Shown one piece after another: positions 32,241 through 43,780 of a DNA stretch of 50,001 nucleotides. Origin of the DNA: Macrostomum lignano (taxonomy: Eukaryota); the NCBI GenBank assembly GCA_002269645.1, contig NIVC01004336.1:1-50001 (forward strand). The letters run 5' to 3'. The number at the start of each line of letters is the position of its first letter. Within the stretch, counting starts at the first letter, position 1. Made by a program: the position numbers and the translations under genes. Under the pieces are notes generated by a model. That model saw only the letters and a program-made list of their open reading frames with translations, made no database searches and was not told where the DNA came from.

Positions 32241-34847
32241 TCACTTAAGCCGCTGGGTGAGATTAGCCAGAGCCAAACCGAAGGCTTGCACGGGCGAGAA
32301 TGGCGCCTGAAAGTCCAGCGAGAATCTGGAGTCGGACGTTTTACCAAACTGCAACACCTGCTGGCCGTCCAATTCCAATTGGAAATTCTTCGCCGACTGC
32401 AGACTGACCCGGCCGTGAAAGTCCAACTGATAGACGTGATTTGCTTCGTTCCAATTCGGCTCTTTGTTAGTCATAACAAAGACTCGCGGGCCGGGCGGAG
32501 CGGCCGACGCAGCGCCGGCGTTGCAATTCGCCAACTGGCCGGACGAGTCGCCGATTCGCCTTTGTCGAAGTCGACGCGTAGCCGTGGTTGCCGAAGCAGC
32601 CGGACGCGATGACGGAATCGAAGAGGTTGGCGGCTGAGCTGCGGCAGTGGCGGCAGCGGAGACAACCGCTGACGTGCCCGACGGTGTGCTCGGCGCCGAC
32701 TGTCGCATCATCGACGGGCCGCCGGCGGAGGAAGCAAGGACAGCGACGGCCGGAGAAATAGTTGCCTTGGCGGCCAAGGCAGCCGGCATTGACTGCTCGT
32801 CGGTTTCGTCTTCCGAGTCGATGTGCCGCAGGTCTGACAGGCTGCCACCGTTGCCGCCGCAGCCACGCGAGGTCAATGGCGGAGAATTGTCGCTGAACAC
32901 TCGTCCGTGCCGTCTAGGATTCACCTGCGGCAATGACGGGCCGATGTCGGAAGCTGCCGATGCCGCAGACGGATTTGCCGCGGTCGCAGAGGCAGAGGCG
33001 AACGAAGCGGCGGCAGCAGGCGAGGAGCCGAGCTCAACCAGACGCAGAGTGAGCCGCCTCGGCTCCATGTGCAGAAAGGAGGTCCGATAATCCACAGAGC
33101 CGGCGTCCCTGGGCAGGCAGGAGCGCAAGCCAACGAACCCGAATCGAGTGCCCCAGAGATTGGCCGACACGCGCAGCAGGCCTGGGCCCGGAGGCGGCTG
33201 CTGCTGTTGCGACTGTCGATGAGCTTTGCCGGCTGCGACAGCCGACGATGACAACAACGACGAAGGCGTCGACAATTGCTGACAACGCCGACGACGCCTC
33301 GATTTTGGCGAGGCGCAGCCAATGTCTACAGGGCCATCATCTTCTTCCTCTTCGAATGCCTCGACGATTTCATTGTTAACATTTGAATCATTGCTCGCCT
33401 GCTGCTGCTGCTCCAGCAGCTCCCTGCCGGTGTCGCAGTCGCAGTCAACGTCCGGAAAGTCTAAATAATCGTCGGCGAATTCCGGATCGAGTATAAGAAA
33501 GTCCGGTCTCAGTTTGCCGCACCGACGAGCGACTAATAGGCGAACTAAACCGCCCAGGTACTCGAGCTGCAGTACGTAGCGAAGTCCGGCCTCGTCCTGC
33601 GGCCGGCCGCACCGGCTCAGTGTGCAGTGCAGTCGGGTTGGCGCCGGTCTCGAGCAGAACTCTCGAAGCCCGTCAACGCTCAGCGGAGGCAGCACCCCGC
33701 GCAGAGTGTGCAGCCAGGCCGATTCAACCAGGCGTCGAAGCGGCGCCGGCGCATTCAGAGCGGCGAACTGCCTCGGACAGGCCCGGGCGCACAGGTCCGT
33801 TAGGGGAGCAACCTGGGCGCTGACTCGAATAGTGTAGAGTCGCCTACCGGCTGACACGAATAATCGCCTGTCCGAATGCGCCCAGGCCAGGCCGAACTGC
33901 GGATAGGGTGGACGAAAATTCGGAGAAAAGCCCGGCGCTTGACAGTACCGCTCGGCTAGTTGTCTGCCAGCCCGGTCGAACACCAGCACCTTGAGCCGGC
34001 TGGTGGGATCATAGTAGGACCAACCGGCCGCCGCCAGCCATTCCCCGCTGCAGCTCCACTGGATCCGCACGCCAACTAGACCGGTGAGAATGCACACTAC
34101 CGGGTCCGTTGAGTCCGACATTGGCCCGCCGTCGTACAATCGAATCCGGCCGTCCGACAGAGCCACGGCCAGGATGAAGCCGCGACAGTCGGCGTGTCGA
34201 TCTTCTTCAGCTACTACCGGCGGCCGGGACTGCCGGTGTCCAGCCATTGCGGCGGTGGCGGCTCTGGCCACTGTATTGGCCGGATTGCCGCCCTGCAGGT
34301 GGAGCTGAAACTTCGGACAGTTCCATTCTAGGCCGGTGACGGCCCCGCCGCAGGGGATGCGATGAAGCATGGGATGCTGGCCGGCGCTATTATAAGCCAT
34401 GATCTCGCCTGCTGCGGTGCCCACAAATACTGTGGAAGATTAGGGGGTGGGGGCGAGTGCGGTAGCAGTGCTTCTTTGAAAGAAATCGAAAACCTATAAA
34501 AGTATACTAAAAGAACTAATAGTAAAATACTAATATTTGCTGGAACAAAGACCTACATACCAGACTAGAACTACAAAGACCCTACTCATCTAAAACTATT
34601 GCACAAAGACTTACACATACGAAATCTAAAAACTAGAATTAAGAAGGTGAGCGCCATCATTTTTTATGCGACATGTTTCGCCTCGCGTCAGGCATCTTCA
34701 GGCTCTTAAAATTAGTAACGATTTATTTGTTCATTTATATTTAACAATTAAGAGTAAGAACGGGTCGATAAAAGTCAGAAATGTATATAAATTAACAGTA
34801 GATTGTACAGTCCGACGGAGCGCTCACAGAGTTTCAATGAGGGGAGA

Positions 34848-34901
<54 letters not shown>

Positions 34902-37900
34902 GTGAGTGAGAGTGAGATGAGCACAAGTGTACACCTAGAATACTCTAAGGAGGGCACTGGCACCGTGATTGGCAAGTTGCTTATTTAGGATTGGTTTACG
35001 CGATTTTATATACAGGGCTTCAAGCACTTTTAGTCTGTACTCATTTGAGCACGCATGGATGGTGGAAAAGTTATCTATTTGGCTGTCACAGCATTCTTTG
35101 CATATCATCAGGTGGTCGTGGACGGCCGACATCTTTTGCCTATGTTCTCTACTTCTCACGTACAGGTGTCGGGTAGTTTCACCTATGTAGGTGATACTCT
35201 GGTCGCCAGAGCATTGAAATTGGTAAACGACACCTGCCCGTAAGGAGCTGGGAACGCGGCATTTCAAATTCTTAACAAAACGACCGATTTTCTCGCAACG
35301 GAAAGTGACCATGAGCTTCACATTTAAATACTTATTAAACGCTCTGATGAGGTTCTTTTTAAAATGAACAGAAGCAGGCCCATAGAAAGGAATGGAGATA
35401 TGGGTGCAATCAATCCTCAGATCTTTCTGTTCTTCCTTATTCTGTCTATTGTTAGGATTCGCGACTTTACCATCAATGAATTTCCTAATGTGGTAATCGA
35501 GGAACCGTTTCGGGTAGTTGTTTTTGGAAAAATAGGTGCTAATCAAGCAAATTTCTTCGTGGAAACTAGTCCAGGTGCTACAGATTTCGAAAGCCCGGTG
35601 GAGCATACCACGCAGCAGGCCCACTTTCCACTGGGTTGGGCAGAGAGCATTGAAGTTTAGCAGAAGACCAGTGTAGGTGGCTTTACGATAAACTTTGGTG
35701 GACACACAATCGTTTTCAACATTAATCTGAATGTCTAAAAAAGGTATAGATTTCCCACCTCCTTCAGCAGTGAACTTTATGTTGGGATGAGTGCTGTTCA
35801 AAATGTCTAAGAATTGGCTATAGTCAGTCCCTTTGTTGAAAACCAAAAGAGTGTCATCAACATATCTCTTATAGAATTTGGGGGCCGCATCACTCTTCAT
35901 CCATTCCTCTTCCCAATGAGCCAGACAAAGATTGGCCAAGGTGGGGGCTAAAGGGCTCCCCATGGCACAGCCGTCAATCTGCCGGTAAAGCTTAGTTTGA
36001 AACATGAAGATTCCGTTAGTGGCAAAGATGAGGAGTTTGCGGAAAGTTTCTTTGTCCAAATCTGGTTTCGAATATTGGAACACAGTATCAGTGGCAAGGT
36101 TAATTTAAAGTTTACAAAAGTTCAAATCAACATAGATTATAATAAATTCTTTCTTCCGACGCGTTTCGGTCCAACAATGACCATCTTCAGGGTCTGGTGT
36201 ATTTTTAACTCACACAACAACTTTATAAGTGAACAAATGTTAACTGTACAGTCCAAAGGGCATGTCATGGGCAGAATTTTCCAAAAAATGTTAAGCATAG
36301 ATTGCAAGTACATTGTTCAGACTAGTGCCTCTACTTAGAATACCTTGAGCAAATGGCCCGCACCACTATGGGAGAGCTGAATATTCAGATTAGGTTTTTG
36401 GTCTTTAATGTACATGGATTCAAGTATGTTGAGCCTAAAATCAGTTCTACACCGATCAATAATTTTAAACTGCTGAGTTTGCTCAATTTCGCAACAACTG
36501 TTGCAACAGAGCAGGTGGTCTTGGATAGCCGACCTTTTCAACCAATGCTCTCTGACTAAAAGAAACTAAAAGGCACCTGTACACCAGAGTCAGAGACTTG
36601 AATCCATGTACATTAAAGACCAAAAACCTAATCTGAATATTCAGCTCTCCCATAGTGGTGCGGGCCATTTGCTCAAGGTATTCTAAGTAGAGGCACTAGT
36701 CTGAACAATGTACTTGCAATCTATGCATAACATTTTTTGGAAAATTCTGCCCATGACATGCCCTTTGGACTGTACAGTTAACATTTGTTCACTTATAAAG
36801 TTGTTGTGTGAGTTAAAAATACACCAGACCCTGAAGATGGTCATTGTTGGACCGAAACGCGTCGGAAGAAAGAATTTATTATAATCTATGTTGATTTTAA
36901 CTTTTGTATTTCTCTGCCTGCTAAAGCGTGCTACCTTACCTCAATTTAAAGTTTAGTTAATTTAATTTAATTTAGTTAATTTAATTTAGTTTTTTAGGTG
37001 AAATCTAAAAACTACAGACTTACACATTACCAAATCTAAAACTACAAAGACTTACACATACCCAAATCTAAAAACTACATAGACCTACACAAATCCAAAA
37101 CTACAAAGACTACAAAAACTAAAAATAGCAACAAAGACTGATTCGCAGCTCACCAGAGCAGTCGCCGGGTGACCAGCAGACAGCCGTAATCCGAGGCGGA
37201 TTAGGCTCGGCATCGCCAAGTTCAACTAGAAACGACCATAGCTGATGATCGGAGAAATTGCCGCACAATAGCAGGCCGTCCAAAGAGCCCATCAGAAAGT
37301 TGCTGCCGGAACGGGACCAGCGGAAGCAGACGCTGGCGCTAGGCCGGTCGTTAATTAGCTCCAGACTCCAGCGCTGGCCGTCTTCGGAGTTCAGCCAGAC
37401 GTGCATAACCCCGGCCGAGCAGCCAGTTACTAAACGGCGCTGCACTTCGTTCCATTCGACAACGCAGATGCCGCTGTCTGGCGACGGCTCGCGGCCGTAG
37501 TCGTATAAATTGAAGTTTAGCCGCTCGTTAGCTTCGCAATCTAGCGGCCACTGTAGTGTTCGGATGCGAATGCTTGTTTAAAATATTAACCCGTAGATAC
37601 TTTAGTAACTGTATAAGTCACACTCGCAATTCAAGCGGTGTAGAGCGTCTACTCTTTTTTTCAGTAGTTTGTCAGCGCAGCAATACTTAAATTTAATGTG
37701 GCAGGAAAATTTCCTGGTTTGTGGCCTCGCAGCATTTAGGGGTCCAGAATGAGCAGCAGGTATTTAACTTGATGTACACAAGTGAATGCAAGACCGACGA
37801 AACTCAGCCTAGGGGGCAGCCCCAATCTAGCTCAGTCAATCAGAGAGCAGTAAGGAGAGAGATCGAAGTTAGACGGACGAAACCCAGCCTATGGGACAGG

Positions 37901-38242
37901 CCCAATTTAGCTCAGCCAATCAGAGAACACAAGTGGGCAAGAGGAAAACCAAGTTACTGTTTATCGGCCTGGATGGAGGCTGAGGTGCCATCCCTACAGG
38001 GTGAGGATGCTAATTTAATTTTCATTTTACTGCTCTAACAATAATTTTGCTACTACAAAAAACAATCGAGTGCTCACCATTTCTTTAGCGCAAGTTTTAG
38101 TCACACTGACAACTCCATTGGCATTGCCGCAGGCCAGCCAGCCATCCTCGGGCCTGTCCAGGTCCCAGTGCGGCATCCAAGACAGGTCGAGCAGCTCCGA
38201 GTCGCTTTGGTGCAATCTGGCCGTCTCCTCTAGAAGGTGCAT
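32241..38242 (-). CDS. TULP4: Tubby-related protein 4 (WD40 - SOCS box - Tubby C-terminal), 916 aa; exons 38242-38078, 37550-37154, 34429-32241
   Basis: N-terminus SDSELLDLSW...GWLACGNANGVVSVT, WSLELINDR, LHCTLSR...YVLQLEYLGGLVRLLVARRCGKLRPDF and C-terminal FVMTNKEPNWNEANHVYQLDFHGRVSLQSAKNFQL...QAFGLALANLTQRLK match TULP4. Canonical GT-AG sites with compatible phases (0, 1); CDS 2751 nt. Confidence 0.95.
34636..36104 (-). mobile_element. 5'-truncated Penelope-like retroelement (family A): RT C-terminal part + GIY-YIG endonuclease, 3' UTR with (TC)n and hammerhead
   Basis: ORF to 34935: YRQIDGCAMGSPLAPTLAN, YKRYVDD (RT), GVVYQFQC..YIGETTRHLYVRSREH...LEALYI...LNKQ (GIY-YIG). The in-frame sequence starts at INLATDTVF (36104) and lacks the upstream RT motif A (FDVxSLFT). 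Confidence 0.93.
34668..34703 (-). ncRNA. Minimal type I hammerhead ribozyme (PLE family A)
   Basis: GC-CUGAAGA-U-GCCU(GACGCG)AGGC-GAAA-CAUG-UC^GC: intact core, 4-bp stem II, palindromic stem III. Confidence 0.85.
36113..36558 (-). mobile_element. Penelope pseudo-LTR of a different family (B), direct orientation
   Basis: Encodes a GIY-YIG C-terminus (KRSAIQDHLLCCNSCC...ILESMYIKDQKPNLNIQLSHSGAGHLLKVF), homologous to but clearly different from the family A end, plus 3' UTR and hammerhead. Confidence 0.85.
36156..36192 (-). ncRNA. Minimal type I hammerhead ribozyme (PLE family B, copy 1)
   Basis: CC-CUGAAGA-U-GGUC(AUUGUUG)GACC-GAAA-CGCG-UC^GG. Confidence 0.85.
36588..36908 (+). mobile_element. 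Inverted copy of the family B pseudo-LTR
   Basis: Near-perfect reverse complement of ~36113-36425, plus a short AGTCAGAGA match to 36550-36558 (internal deletion relative to copy 1). Confidence 0.9.
36829..36865 (+). ncRNA. Minimal type I hammerhead ribozyme (PLE family B, copy 2)
   Basis: CUGAAGA 36831-37, GGUC/GACC stem II, GAAA 36854-57, CGCG, UC 36862-63. Confidence 0.85.
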
Positions 38243-39539
38243 CCTTCCTCCCAGAGTATTTTTTTATTTTCTATTTAATATCTATACCTTCAGTTATAGA
38301 AACTAATTAGATAATAATCCAGGTATTATGTCCCACTTCAAGGCAAATGGATAAGAGAATTACAGTGTCCCAAGTCCGTCTGCCTTGGCTTTGGGGCTGC
38401 AATGTGTTAGAAGTAACATTTATTCACTAAATCCTTCACAATAATGTATTTTATTGCTTTCGTACCTAACATTAAGCAATACATTCTGCATGAGACAAAA
38501 ATCCTAAATAGGTAATACTTTAACAACCATTGAATTTGCCCCCCCCTCTAACTCATACATTACAAGATCAATTAATTTATAAAGGAAAAGTCACTTTTCA
38601 TAGATATAGTCTGGTAGGTCTATGCTTTAGGCATTTTAGCATAGTAACAAAGTCTAAAGAAAAGCACTATATAATAATTATGCATAATATAACTTTGCCA
38701 TATCTATAGCCAATGGTGTTAATGACCTCCTTTATTCTCTTCTATTCTGGTTTATTGTTTAGACAACATTCTGCTTTCACCCTCTGCAGAATTTGTATAA
38801 ACATTTTGTTATGCACACTTTTGGACTAACCTCACTAACTACATAAGAAATGCATGAAGAATGTATTGCAAACATTTTTATTGCTTATGTATAGCATTAC
38901 TTTTAAGGACCTATTTGACAGCTATTTTATTAATGTTCAATGTGACATTGCCAAAATATCCTTCTTAGCACTTGATTTATCTTAAACATTTTTTATGCAA
39001 TGTGACAGGGATTATCTAAGTTGCTTTATATTATATAGGGTCTTAATTATGTTTACCTGTAAAATATAGTTGCTAATCTAAATTTGCAGTGCATATGTAT
39101 TATATATTTACATTTATAAAATATTATATTTCTTTTTTGCTACTATATATCTATTGAATATTATGAGATATATCATCACAGAAAACAAAAACATGATTCA
39201 AGGTTACATTAAGAATGGCTAAAGGGGAATCAATTTTAGTCATAATATACACTATTATGCAAAAACATTTATTTAAGGTCTAGATGAAACAATTGCACCT
39301 TTTGTTAAAAGGTGTCCAAAACAAAAATTGCAAGAATGATTTATTTAGTCCTAGAAATTGAAATGTTATTGAATTTCAGATGGCTAAGCATTTTTAGAAA
39401 ACATACTTTTTGCCACATCTATATATCTTGTAGGCCTATTTCTAATATTATCTATACATCACTGAAACCAAGACCTTAATTGACATCTAGCACATTCAGT
39501 GTTAGGCAATTATGAGTAAAAGTAACAGTGCCATAATGC

Positions 39540-41270
39540 ACAAAGATGCTCACCTCATTGTCTGCCTCATCTGCATGCATAAAGGCAAGGAAATATGCCA
39601 GATAAATAAGCACATGCAGTCAGTCATCTCAGAGTTCAAGATGCATGGCTATAATACACAGGACGATTGGTTACCAAGTGCTCTGCGTACAAAGTACAGG
39701 ATGCTGCTAGAGTACAAGAAAGGCAACTTTTTGTCTCTGCTGCCCAACTTTGACCACTCTAAGATTGGAGCCCAGCCTCCTCAAACACAAAGCCAAGCAG
39801 CTACTCAATGCAACTATATTGTGTGCCAAGCTGCTAGAGAAAGCTCTGCAAACTTTGGTTATCTAGCAGTTAATTGGCGACCACAAGGAAGGCCAAGTGC
39901 TAACAGTCAAAGTAGGTTTGGTTGCAAGCTGCCTAGTACTGTGTCAAAAACTTGGTGCATACCAAGTCAGCATGAAACTCTATATGAAATGCCTGTCACA
40001 GCTAAATTGAGGAAAATCCCACGTCTCTACTCCTGCTACAAGGGCACATAATGCAGGAAGCTTTTACATGAAGTGGAACCAGCTCAGAGTACATCGAAGC
40101 AACCATAGCAACTGAGCTATGGTGGGCATTCAGCAAGATATGGGCCTCAGCACACATACGATGCTGAAGCTGGCTCACTATATCAGAGCAGCATCAGGTT
40201 CAAAAACAGCTGCAGAATTGCACCTCCAACAAAAGCTATCTGATATTCACCACTAGCTCAACAACTTTTTTGAACTATAACAGTTAGACTTCATCAACAT
40301 GGAGCAAGGAATTATGGCACAAGTAAAATCATGTCTAGCTGTTATTTGTGTGCATATTCAGTTGCTTCTCCAGCATATTATTGAAGAAAGACAACTGAAC
40401 CCATTGACCTATATGATCAAGGTTGGCATTGATGGAGGTGGTGGGTTCTTCAAGATCTGCCTGTCTGTGTTCGATTCTAGCTGGTATGTTGACTCCCCTG
40501 AGCCTTTACAGGCAGCCTGTAGCAACAACTCTTGCAGCAGTTGGCTAAAGCACTCCTGTGTTAAATTGATTCTTATTGTAGTCATTGCACTAGCCATTCA
40601 AGAAAATTACTGAAACCTGGAGTTGCTATGGAGGGCAGCTAGGCTGAGCAGTCTTAAAAGCAAATTTATTATCACTAGCAACTTGAAGCTGTGCAACATG
40701 CTAATAGGGCTCATGGCTCACAGTGCTACTTATCCTTGCTGCTAGTGTGATGCCTACAAGAATGAGCTGCTATAGAAGGGCGCAGATTGCACATTGAAGC
40801 TTCTCGAAGATATCCATGCAAACTTCTAGGCTTCTGGCTCCAAGCTTGCAGCTGCTAAAAACTTTGGAAATTTGGTATGTCCCTGTCTTCTAGAAAATTT
40901 CTTTGCCTACTAAAAATTATACCACTGCCCAAACTGCACCTGCTAACTGGAATGGTAAATAGGCCCTACCATTTACTGTGGTATGCAATCAGTATAGTCA
41001 GAGTATGACAAATGGTTGCATCACTGCCACATTGCTAGGGAGGCAATTCATGGAAGCAGCTTTACTAGCAATAGCTGCAAAGTACTGCAGAATGTTGAGG
41101 TTCTAGCATCAATGTACCCATTGTAGTGCTTGCCATATATTGCCACACTGCACTGCTTCAGGCTTATTGTGTCTGGCTGATTTAGCAATGAACTGGCCTC
41201 CAATTTCTAGCAGAACATTGCAAATTTTAAGGGGCATTTATGGACCTTGGGATTTTAGTGACCCCAATCA
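39540..41270 (+). pseudogene. Decayed DDE transposase of the RAG1/Transib/Chapaev-related type
   Basis: Across stops and frameshifts: N-terminal CLIC zinc-finger-like segment; KVGIDGGGGFFKICL; IQENY; SNLKLCNMLIGLMAHSATYPCCxCD; PKLHLLTG; KWLHHC...HGSSFTSNSCK. The spacing parallels RAG1 D600, D708-(x)n-CxxC and LH motifs. Confidence 0.7.
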
Positions 41271-42346
41271 ATTAATGACTGGAAGCCTATTTAGCAATGC
41301 AGTAAAAAACTATGCAATATATTTTAATAGGCCATTGAATTGAAATTAAGAATTTTTGTATAAGGACTCAGGGAGGACAATATAATATAACATTAACAAG
41401 CTTTTTGTTACATAAAAAAATAATTGGCTATTTTTAGCTTTGCTTTTATTTTTCTATCTAGGCCAATATTTTTTCTATATTAAAATGATTGCTATAGCTA
41501 TAAAAGCCCACTTGAAAAATAGATATATTTATTATAGATAGGCCTATTTTAAAAATAATACCATAATAGATTAAAAAGGTCTCAAAATGTATTTCTATAG
41601 AGATTTTTGAAAAAATGGCCACCTTAGATTTTTACTATCAATGTCATTAATTAATAGATCATATTTTTTCTAGAAGGAATACTACAAGAATAAAAAAATC
41701 TATCAAGTAATTGCTGAGAAACAAACTATTTTTCTATTTTTTCATGCTGTTTTATACATCTTTATTCTTTTCCTTAGATAGGCCTATAGGCTATTTGTCA
41801 TCTTTGCATTAACACTATATAGCATACTTTTATAAAATGCTAGACAATATAAGGCAAGTCGCAAGAAGCAGAGTTTATCATTTGCATAAATGAAGCATTC
41901 AATATTTCAATAAGATGACCATTGGCTAATGACATTAGTTTAAAAATATAATTTTATACTAGGGCCTATCATCATATAAAATTGGCAACCTATGCAGTAG
42001 ATGCTCTAGCTGGTTTACTAAAAATTTACTAAGAGTTTCAGATATATAAAAATTACTGGCTAGAGATAGTAGTTTATGGAGAAGTCTATCTTTCGTGCCA
42101 ATGCCAATATTAAATTGTATTTTTGTACCAATAATAGGTAGGCCTAATATTTATAGTGTAGGCCTATGCCTAGCTAGGGCGATGGGCCTAGCTAGGGGGC
42201 CTGCCTACCCTACTGTTTGTGCCAACTCAGCCCCAATGGCCCAACATTCAATGTTTTAAAGAAATCCTAGGCCTTACTTAAGTCGTTCTTGACAGAATGA
42301 CAGTGACACCGTGACTTTGTTTTATATCCTACTCAATACAAGATGA

Positions 42347-42508
42347 CAGTGGCGCAACCAGGGGGGGGGGGGGGTCGCCCCCCTTTAGGTGGAGACCAGA
42401 AAAAATCTAAGGGGACCAAGCGAATTTTCATTTAAAAACAGAGCCCCCCTCCCAGGTCTTTACCCTCCAGAATCCAACACCCTCAAAAAAATTCTGGTTG
42501 CGCTACTG
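42347..42508. mobile_element. 162-bp MITE
   Basis: TIRs CAGTGGCGCAACCAG / CTGGTTGCGCTACTG (14/15 match); no clear TSD. Confidence 0.8.
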
Positions 42509-43092
42509 TAAATCGACAATAGGCCTGATTTCATTTGAGCGATTTGCAACTCGCAGCTCATACTTTTGAAGTTTGAAATTTTAAATATTTGGTCGATAAT
42601 AATAGGACTAAGATAGGCCTAGGTCAATCTCTGCTCCAAGCCGTGCAGAAAGGAATATTGGATGGACGTCATTATAGAGAAAAGTCTACAATTTTTATAA
42701 TAGTATCAAAAAAATGAGGTTGAATAAATGAATTAAGTGAATTCCTCTAATTAATTTTACGACTTTCAAATAGGGGAGCAAGGGAGCAAGCTTGCGGCAT
42801 TGATAATATAGTAGTTAAACAAAAATATTTTATAGTAAACTCAAAAGCTTTTCTAAAGACAAACAGACAGGAACACATAAATTTTGTTTATATAATTAAA
42901 AATTTGCTGACATGACATGCCAATGGAAGTAGAATAATTCGCGAAAATTATTTTAAACTGCGACAGTTTTGTTGCAAAGCGCGCAATTTTCTACAAGGAA
43001 CTAAACTTACTGTATTACTGCTAGTTTTTTGTCGCATTTAGGAAGTATAGTTTTAAGTTCGTTAGTATAAAATTTATCCAATCGAATTCTTT

Positions 43093-43464
43093 TTATGTTC
43101 TTGGCGTATTTTTTGTTACTTTGTTCGAAATACTATACAAAAAGACTGTCTTCTTTTTGAAAAGTATCAATACAAATGCGCTGATCTTTATGTAATTTAT
43201 CCATGTATTTGCTTTTTCTTTACTGGAAAAAATGAAAAAATGTCTATTTATCTCTTCAAAGAAAAACTGATAAGAACTGCTGAAAATAAAATACTTTGGT
43301 TTAACAAGTTGTTTAACATTAGCACCCGATCTAGATTTAAAAGTATTTCTACTTGTGGTTCCTGGATGATACATGTCTACTTTTCCAATGTTTTTATTTT
43401 CGTAGTGAATCCTGATAAATTTTATTTGATAAACCCGGACTTGTCCAAACAGATTATATGACAT
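43093..43464 (-). CDS. AT-rich 123-aa ORF, possibly PH-fold-like
   Basis: ATG-initiated, 123 codons open in very AT-rich DNA; the FFIFSSKEKANTWINYIK segment resembles the PH-domain terminal helix with its conserved Trp. Confidence 0.35.
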   Translation of the reverse strand: MSYNLFGQVRVYQIKFIRIHYENKNIGKVDMYHPGTTSRNTFKSRSGANVKQLVKPKYFIFSSSYQFFFEEINRHFFIFSSKEKANTWINYIKISAFVLILFKKKTVFLYSISNKVTKNTPRT

Positions 43465-43780
43465 GCATGTCTATTCACTTTTCACGCTTTTAACTTCAAA
43501 ATTGACAAGTTGAAATTTTAATAGAATGCTTAGATTCAGCAGAATAGATCAGCATTTATATCGTTCATTCTGACTTATGGATGTGGGCCCAGTGAGAGCA
43601 AAATACTTTAGGTAAATTTTGCCTTAGTTAGTTAGTTAGTTAGTTAGTTTACTCCCTTTAGTTTAAATAGGCTTTTAGGTGTATTATACCAAAAAATGGC
43701 TGCAACTAGCACACATTTTAACAGTAAGCAGCTTTTACGAATATTTGCTTAGATTTTGATTTCATTCTTTCCAGTTTAAA

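Noticed and set aside
32286-34308. Numerous plus-strand and alternate-frame ORFs over TULP4, ERICH2 and TTLL4 exons
   Set aside because: Shadow ORFs of GC-rich coding sequence.
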